Source: Opitutaceae bacterium (GTDB taxonomy: Bacteria; Verrucomicrobiota; Verrucomicrobiia; Opitutales; Opitutaceae). Taken from it: a stretch of DNA of 64,000 bases. The notes under the pieces were generated by a model, which had not been told where the DNA came from, searched no databases, and saw nothing but the letters and a program-made list of their open reading frames with translations. The stretch covers positions 454-64,453 of the forward strand of contig JAEUHB010000102.1 in NCBI GenBank assembly GCA_016794665.1, in the 5' to 3' direction. Of the stretch, positions 58,769-64,000 are shown piece after piece (position 1 is the first letter of the stretch; each line of letters opens with the position of its first letter). The translations under genes were made by a program, and so were the position numbers.

Positions 58769-59835
58769 AGCTCCTTTTGGTGAGATCACGCATTCTCCCT
58801 GTCGTCGTCCTCGTCGTCGCGGCAACTGCGACGCTGTCCGCGCAACCCGCCGGTCGTGGCGGACGCGGCGCGCCCTTGTCCACCGAGGATCAGGCGGCGA
58901 TCGCCAAGCTCGCGGAGCTTCCGCCGTGGAATCCTGGTGCGGGCGTCGGGGATTTTTCCCTCGCTCCACCGTTCGCGCCGGCGCCCGAGAACGCGGCGCG
59001 CGACGGTGTGCCGAAGGGCCGCGTCGAGACGTTTCAGCTGCCGCTCGCGGGCAGCAAGTTCTTCCCGCCTGCCGCGGGCCGCGACGGCAAGCTGAACCCC
59101 GACGCCACGCGCGAGGTGAACGTCTACATCCCGGCGGGCTACGTCCCCGGCACGCCCGCGCCGCTGCTGGTCTGCCACGATGCGATGGGCATGCACGACC
59201 AGAAGCCCGCGCCCTACCTTCCCGCAATCCTCGACAACTTGATCGCGGAGAGACGGCTGCCCGCGATGATCGCGGTCATGGTGATGCCGAGCAACCAGCG
59301 CAGCTTCGAATACGACACCGTCTCCGGAAAATTCGCCGAGTTCATCGAGTCCGAGGTGCTCCCGCGCGTCGCAAAGGACTACGGCGTCGCTTTCACGAAG
59401 GATCCCAATGCCCGCGCCACGCTCGGTGGCAGCTCCGGTGGTGCCGCCGCGCTGTCAATGGCGTGGTTTCGCCCCGACCTTTACCGCCGCGTGCTCGTTT
59501 TCTCCGGCACGTTCGTAAACCTGCGCAACGGCCCCGACGCTCCGCATGGCGCGTGGGAATACCACGAGAACTTCATCCCGCAGGCGACGCCGAATAAACC
59601 GCTCCGTCTTTGGCTGCAAGTGGGCGAGCGCGACAACGGCGCGAGTTCGTCCGGTGCCGGTATGTTCAACTGGGTCATCGCGAACCAGCGCATGGCCGCG
59701 GTGCTGAAGGCCAAGGGCTACGCCTACCAGTTTGTGTTCTGCAAGGAAGCCGGCCACGTGGACCGCCCGGTCCGTGCGCAAACTCTGGCGCCCGCGCTCG
59801 AGTGGCTGTGGCAGGATTACAAGGGGACACCTTGA
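58765..59835 (+). CDS. exported esterase (enterochelin-esterase-like / CE1-type)
   Basis: Signal peptide, then a GRGGRG tract. PLLVCHDAMG and the nucleophile elbow LGGSSGGAAA, then the C-terminal FCKEAGH. The ATGA overlap with the previous gene is at 58765-58768. Confidence 0.8.
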   Translation: MKLLLVRSRILPVVVLVVAATATLSAQPAGRGGRGAPLSTEDQAAIAKLAELPPWNPGAGVGDFSLAPPFAPAPENAARDGVPKGRVETFQLPLAGSKFFPPAAGRDGKLNPDATREVNVYIPAGYVPGTPAPLLVCHDAMGMHDQKPAPYLPAILDNLIAERRLPAMIAVMVMPSNQRSFEYDTVSGKFAEFIESEVLPRVAKDYGVAFTKDPNARATLGGSSGGAAALSMAWFRPDLYRRVLVFSGTFVNLRNGPDAPHGAWEYHENFIPQATPNKPLRLWLQVGERDNGASSSGAGMFNWVIANQRMAAVLKAKGYAYQFVFCKEAGHVDRPVRAQTLAPALEWLWQDYKGTP

Positions 59836-59916
59836 AGCGCCTGAATCGGGCGCGGGCGTGGTTCGCGGGCAAGTGTCCGCACCGGGCCTCGACTCCACCG
59901 TTCGCAGGGCGTGAGC

Positions 59917-61326
59917 CTAGTTTTTGGGCTCCACGGTGCGCGCCCACGCGTCGTGCCGGGCGGTGAGTTCGCGGACGATTTCGGGTTTCTCCTCGGCGTG
60001 GTCCTTCACCTCGGGCTTGGCTTCGTCCAGATTGTGAAGTGAAACGCGCGTCGTGTTGGTGCGCGGATTGAACACGTTGATCAATTTCCATTCGCCGCGG
60101 CGGACCGCCCAGTTTCGCCCCCACGCGAAGTGGAGGACTTCATGGGCGCTGGCTGCCTTCGAATCGGAGAGGAGGCGGGCCATGCTGCGGCCGTCGAGCT
60201 TGGGGGCGCTGGCCTGCGGCGCGACGCCGCAGAGATCGAGCACGGTCGGGAACCAGTCCATAATCGTTACAATTTGATCGCGCACCTGGCCCGCGGGAAT
60301 CTTGGCGGGATAGCGGATGATCGCCGGCACGCGGATGCCGCCCTCGAGGAACGTGCCCTTGTTGCCGATCCACGGGCCGCTATTTCCACCGCCGCCATTC
60401 GCGAGATAGTAGTGCCCGCGCGGGTAGCCGCTCGTGTGATCATCGACCGAGACGCCGGCGTTGTTCTCGATGGAGTGGCCATTGTCGCTCATGAAAATGA
60501 CGATGGTCCGGTCGCTCAGCCCGGTGGCGTCGAGTTTGTCGAGCACGCGACCAATGTGGTCGTCCACGGAGGAAATCATCCGCGCATAGGCCCGGCGCGG
60601 CATGGGCAGGTCCGCGTAGGCGTCCTTGAACTTCGTGGTCGGCTGCATCGGATAGTGGGGCAGGTTGAAGGCGACCGTCATGAAGAACGGCGCGGACTTG
60701 TTCGCCTCGATGAACCGCACCGCGCGATCGATCATCATGTCGGGATAGTATTCGTCGCGCCGGAAGATTTCCGTGTTGCCATCGTAAAGATCGTGATAGC
60801 CGCGGCCGTGCAGGAAAAAGTGGCGGTAGTTGTCGATGAAGCCGCTGAGGTGGCCGAAATGTTCGTCGAAGCCCTGATCCAGCGGACCGTGGCCGACCTG
60901 CGCGCCCAGGTGCCATTTGCCGAACAACGCGGTGCGGTAGCCGGCGGACTTCAACGCCTCTGCCAAGGTGACTTCCTCGGGCGCCATGAACAGATTCTGG
61001 CGGTCCGAACCGTGTCGGTCGCCTTGGGTCCAGTTCCGCACGCCGCCGCGCTGGGGATGACGGCCGGTGAAAAGCGCCGCCCGCGACGGGCAGCATACCG
61101 TGTGTCCATAAGCTTGGGTGAAGCGCACGCCGCCGGCGGCGAGCCGGTCCATGTTTGGCGTCTTGAGGTCGGTCGAGCCGTAGCAGTTCGCATCGAGCGT
61201 GCCTTGATCGTCGGTAAGCAGGATCACGACGTTGGGCCGGGCCGCGGGCGCCGCAGTGGCGCGGAGCGCGGCTGCGGCAGCCAGCATGCTGAGGGAAAGG
61301 ATTAACAACGGGAGGGATGGGCGCAT
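59917..61326 (-). CDS. Cys-type arylsulfatase-family enzyme, exported
   Basis: Trimmed to Met 61326 (MRPSLPLLILSLSMLAAAAALRA). NVVILLTDDQG, VCCPSRAALFTG (C-x-P-S-R) and FMSDNGH. Confidence 0.9.
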   Translation of the reverse strand: MRPSLPLLILSLSMLAAAAALRATAAPAARPNVVILLTDDQGTLDANCYGSTDLKTPNMDRLAAGGVRFTQAYGHTVCCPSRAALFTGRHPQRGGVRNWTQGDRHGSDRQNLFMAPEEVTLAEALKSAGYRTALFGKWHLGAQVGHGPLDQGFDEHFGHLSGFIDNYRHFFLHGRGYHDLYDGNTEIFRRDEYYPDMMIDRAVRFIEANKSAPFFMTVAFNLPHYPMQPTTKFKDAYADLPMPRRAYARMISSVDDHIGRVLDKLDATGLSDRTIVIFMSDNGHSIENNAGVSVDDHTSGYPRGHYYLANGGGGNSGPWIGNKGTFLEGGIRVPAIIRYPAKIPAGQVRDQIVTIMDWFPTVLDLCGVAPQASAPKLDGRSMARLLSDSKAASAHEVLHFAWGRNWAVRRGEWKLINVFNPRTNTTRVSLHNLDEAKPEVKDHAEEKPEIVRELTARHDAWARTVEPKN

Positions 61327-61384
61327 GGCTGAGGGAAGAGTGGAGGCTGGTGTCGTCAGAGGGAACGAAGAGTGGGCGCGAGTT

Positions 61385-62536
61385 TCATGGCCGCGGAGCC
61401 GTCGCGGCGTTAGCAGCGTCGCTGCGGGCTTGCGCGGCGGCGCGGATGCGGCTCCTCGTCTCCTGCAACCGCTCCGGCCAGGCGAACGTCGGCGCGGTCG
61501 CCGGATCATAGCCGGCGAGGTGGCCGGTGAGGCGCGTGTGCGGCTTGGTGTATTTGAGCACCGTGTCGCCGAAGACCTCGCGGCAAAGCGCGGCGAGACC
61601 CGGATCGTAGTCCAGCAGTTCGGCGCGCGTGTTGACGTGGTTGTGGTCGTGGTCGTTCTCGCGGTTGTTGTCGAACCACGACTGCACGCCTTCGGCGAAA
61701 TACTCGTGATGGTTCACGCCCGCGTATTTTCCCTTCCACAGGCCCGCTTGCATCGCGGCGTCGTAGGCGGCCTTCACGCGCGCATCGAAGCCGGGGTCGA
61801 TGTTGGCCATGCCGCGCAGGTGGATGTTGTGCGCGAACTCGTGGATCAAGATGTTCTCCGCCGCGTAGGGATCGCCGGGATAAGCGAGCAGGTTTTCCTC
61901 GGCGCACGAGCAAAAGGGATCCGTGGCGCTGCCGCCCATGCCGCGCGCGCGGGCATCGCGGTAGTCGCGTGCGGGGATCTCCGCGAAACCCGGCACCGGC
62001 AGCCGTGCGAGCCACTGCCACTCGGGCTGGTCGCAGGTGAACTCGTTCCACGCGAGGATGGAGAGGCGCGCGCCGCTCTTGATCATCGCGGCGCGCACGT
62101 CGGGTCGGCGCGCGAGCATCAGGTCGACGAGATAGGCGGCCTCCTTCAGCGCGTAGGGATTCACCGTCGCGGATGCGACGATGGGAAAGCCTCCCGCGCT
62201 GACCCGCTGCGCGTAGAATGCCGGGATGCCGTCCGCGTCCGGCGGATCGAACCGCATCGCCTGCACCAGCACCTCGCTGGTGACGATGCACTCGGCGCGA
62301 TCATCGCGCCCCACGACGGCGAAGCGATGGCCGGTCGTGGTGGTGATGACGGTGTGGGCGCCGGGCGCGACGGTGCCGTTGGGCACGCGCTCGGTGGCGG
62401 ACTTGAGCCAGAAGATGTCCACGGTCTGCGCGCTGCCGTTGATGATCTGGAGGCGCGGGCGCGGGGTTTCGGCTGCCAGCACGTGGCCGACGAGCGCGCA
62501 AAGGAGCGCGAGGAGGGAAAGGCGCCGTGGGTTCAT
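61385..62536 (-). CDS. exported HExxH zinc-metalloenzyme-like protein with N-terminal beta domain
   Basis: Trimmed to Met 62536 (MNPRRLSLLALLCALVGHVLAAE). ILIHEFAHNIH is followed by HHEYFAEGVQSWF. This HExxH...E-x-F-A-E arrangement resembles anthrax-lethal-factor-type (ATLF-like) metallopeptidases. N-terminal domain: see findings. Confidence 0.65.
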   Translation of the reverse strand: MNPRRLSLLALLCALVGHVLAAETPRPRLQIINGSAQTVDIFWLKSATERVPNGTVAPGAHTVITTTTGHRFAVVGRDDRAECIVTSEVLVQAMRFDPPDADGIPAFYAQRVSAGGFPIVASATVNPYALKEAAYLVDLMLARRPDVRAAMIKSGARLSILAWNEFTCDQPEWQWLARLPVPGFAEIPARDYRDARARGMGGSATDPFCSCAEENLLAYPGDPYAAENILIHEFAHNIHLRGMANIDPGFDARVKAAYDAAMQAGLWKGKYAGVNHHEYFAEGVQSWFDNNRENDHDHNHVNTRAELLDYDPGLAALCREVFGDTVLKYTKPHTRLTGHLAGYDPATAPTFAWPERLQETRSRIRAAAQARSDAANAATAPRP

Positions 62537-62552
62537 GCTGGGTGCAGTCGTG

Positions 62553-64000
62553 TTATTTCTTTGCTCCCGCGCCGCCCGGCGGGCGGACCACCGGCGCGAT
62601 CGACTTAGGAGCCAGCGTGCGCATCTCGGCGAGCTTGGCGGCGTGTGCAGGCGAGGCGGCGAGGTTGGTCCATTCGTGCGGATCGGTTTCGATGTCGTAT
62701 AGTTCCTCCTCGTCGCCGAGGTAGTGAATGTAGCGCCAGCGCTGCGTGCTGATCGCGTAATTGGCGGGATTGTCGAGGTGCGTGAGGGCGGCGTGGGGCC
62801 AGGCGGCCTGCGGATCGCGCAGGAGCGGGGCAAGGCTGCGGCTGGCGATGTCCGGCTTCGGCGGCAGCCCGCAAAGATCGGTGAGCGTGCCGAAAAGATC
62901 CACGAGGCTTACGGGCCGATCGCACACGCCGCCCGCGGCCGTGCCGGCGGGCAGGCCGGGGGCGCCCTTCGGCACGCGGATCATGAGCGGCACGCGGGTG
63001 CCGATGCGCCAGCCGGTGAACTTCTGCCAATGCTCCTTCTCGCCGAGGTGCCAGCCGTGATCGCTCCAGAGCACGACGATGGTGTTGTCGCGATGTGGTG
63101 ATCGCTCGAGCGCGTCGAGCACGCGTCCGAGCATCGCGTCCGCGAAATAAATGGAGGCGAGATAGGCCTGGATCGCCTGCTGCCACTGCTTGTGTTCCTG
63201 GATGTGGGCGAAGTAGCGATTGCGACCGATGCGCTGGCCGGTGGGCGGCACGTCGTCGAGGTCGCCCTCCTTCACGCCCGGTCCGGGCTGGATGCCTTCG
63301 AGCGGAAAAGGCTCGAAATATCTCTTTGGGACGAACCACGGCTCGTGCGGCCGGTAGATGCCGCAGGCGAGGAAGAACGGCTGCGGGTGCTCCCGTTGGA
63401 GTTGTTCGCCGATCCATTTCGTCACGAGCCAGTCGCCGCCGAACTGTTCGTCGGTCACGTCGAGCGCGGCCCAGTCCGTCTCGACGTATTGCCAGGGACC
63501 GCCGCGGGGCAGGCTCACCGGGCGCTGCGCCGGATGAAACGTGCGGGGGAAGGGATTGTCGGTCGCCTTGTCCGGGAAGTAGTCGTCCCACGATTGGGGA
63601 TCGATGATGTAGTGCAGCATCTTTCCCGAGCCGGTGGAGCTGTAGCCGTGACGCGAGAAGTAGCGCGGCAGCAGTTCCACCTGCGGCATGACCTCGCGCA
63701 TCTTCTGCGTGTTTTGATAGAGCCCCGAGCGGTGTGGCGGCAGGCCGGAGAAAATCGCGGTGCGCGAGGGATTGCACGAGGGCGCGGCGCAGTAGGCGTT
63801 GCGGAACAGCACGCCGCTCGCGGCGAGACGGTCGAGGTTGGGCGTCTTCGTCTGCGGATGTCCACCGAGGCAGCCGATCCAGTCGTTGAGGTCGTCGAGC
63901 GCAATGAAGAGCACGTTGGGCTTCTTCTCGGCCGCGGCGGAAACGCCGGCCAGGAGCAGGAAGGCCGCGAAGAACGCGAGGAGAGGGCGGGGAGGGCGAA
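62553..64000 (-). CDS. Cys-type sulfatase, exported; 5' end (start codon) just outside the window
   Basis: The reading frame stays open upstream of the listed GTG at 63914 to the window edge (...RPPRPLLAFFAAFLLLAGVSAAAEKKPNVLFIALDD). CNPSRTAIFSG (C-x-P-S-R), LWSDHGWHLGE and RWRYIHY...ELYDIETDPHEWTNLA. Confidence 0.85.
   Translation of the reverse strand, partial: RPPRPLLAFFAAFLLLAGVSAAAEKKPNVLFIALDDLNDWIGCLGGHPQTKTPNLDRLAASGVLFRNAYCAAPSCNPSRTAIFSGLPPHRSGLYQNTQKMREVMPQVELLPRYFSRHGYSSTGSGKMLHYIIDPQSWDDYFPDKATDNPFPRTFHPAQRPVSLPRGGPWQYVETDWAALDVTDEQFGGDWLVTKWIGEQLQREHPQPFFLACGIYRPHEPWFVPKRYFEPFPLEGIQPGPGVKEGDLDDVPPTGQRIGRNRYFAHIQEHKQWQQAIQAYLASIYFADAMLGRVLDALERSPHRDNTIVVLWSDHGWHLGEKEHWQKFTGWRIGTRVPLMIRVPKGAPGLPAGTAAGGVCDRPVSLVDLFGTLTDLCGLPPKPDIASRSLAPLLRDPQAAWPHAALTHLDNPANYAISTQRWRYIHYLGDEEELYDIETDPHEWTNLAASPAHAAKLAEMRTLAPKSIAPVVRPPGGAGAKK

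Overview
This is a high-GC bacterial chromosomal segment of 64 kb, tightly packed with about 48 protein-coding genes. I found no rRNA, tRNA, CRISPR array, transposase or integrase. The gene content points to the PVC superphylum, probably a Verrucomicrobiota (Opitutales-like) organism. The pointers are two DUF1592-family/DUF1552 gene pairs, many signal-peptide or Tat-exported glycan-modifying enzymes, three TonB-dependent receptors and a short Bacteroidota-like ParE. This placement is inference from gene families only, since no database search was possible.

Layout:
- 1-4.6 kb: two tandem RND efflux permeases.
- 4.7-6.2 kb: a sulfatase.
- 6.8-11.4 kb: an exported sugar-oxidation cluster with ThuA-like, Tat-signal UxuA-like and Gfo/Idh/MocA genes plus two small 'GTWKW' beta-barrel-like proteins.
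- 11.5-16.7 kb: an SGNH hydrolase plus a CUT2 sugar ABC transporter operon.
- 16.9-22.9 kb: housekeeping-type genes (OmpW, TPR, DsbA-like, membrane protein, parE, S41 peptidase).
- 22.9-47.2 kb: an unbroken 24-kb minus-strand array. In transcription order from 47.2 kb it holds a TonB receptor, CE1-type esterase, B3 metallo-beta-lactamase-fold gene, DUF1592/DUF1552/orphan module, TonB receptor, thrC, TonB receptor, three tandem secreted amidases and two orphan secreted proteins.
- 47.6-59.8 kb: plus-strand propeller sensor kinase and NarL-type regulator, two more esterases (one fused to a GTWKW domain), a second DUF1592/DUF1552 pair, a GQSNMEG acetylesterase and a fourth esterase.
- 59.9-64.0 kb: sulfatase, HExxH metalloenzyme, sulfatase (5' end truncated by the window edge).

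Most interesting candidates:
- The two diverged, inverted DUF1592(CxxCH)/DUF1552(HXXSHH) modules of unknown function, embedded in an esterase/TonB/sensor locus.
- The TonB receptor plus triple exported amidase array.
- The recurring GTWKW small-domain family, including a fusion to an esterase.
- The recurring Arg-Gly (GRGG) tracts in exported proteins.
- A VHL-beta-like plus HExxH protein between two sulfatases.

All product calls rest on motifs I could read by eye. None has been checked with HMM or BLAST searches.
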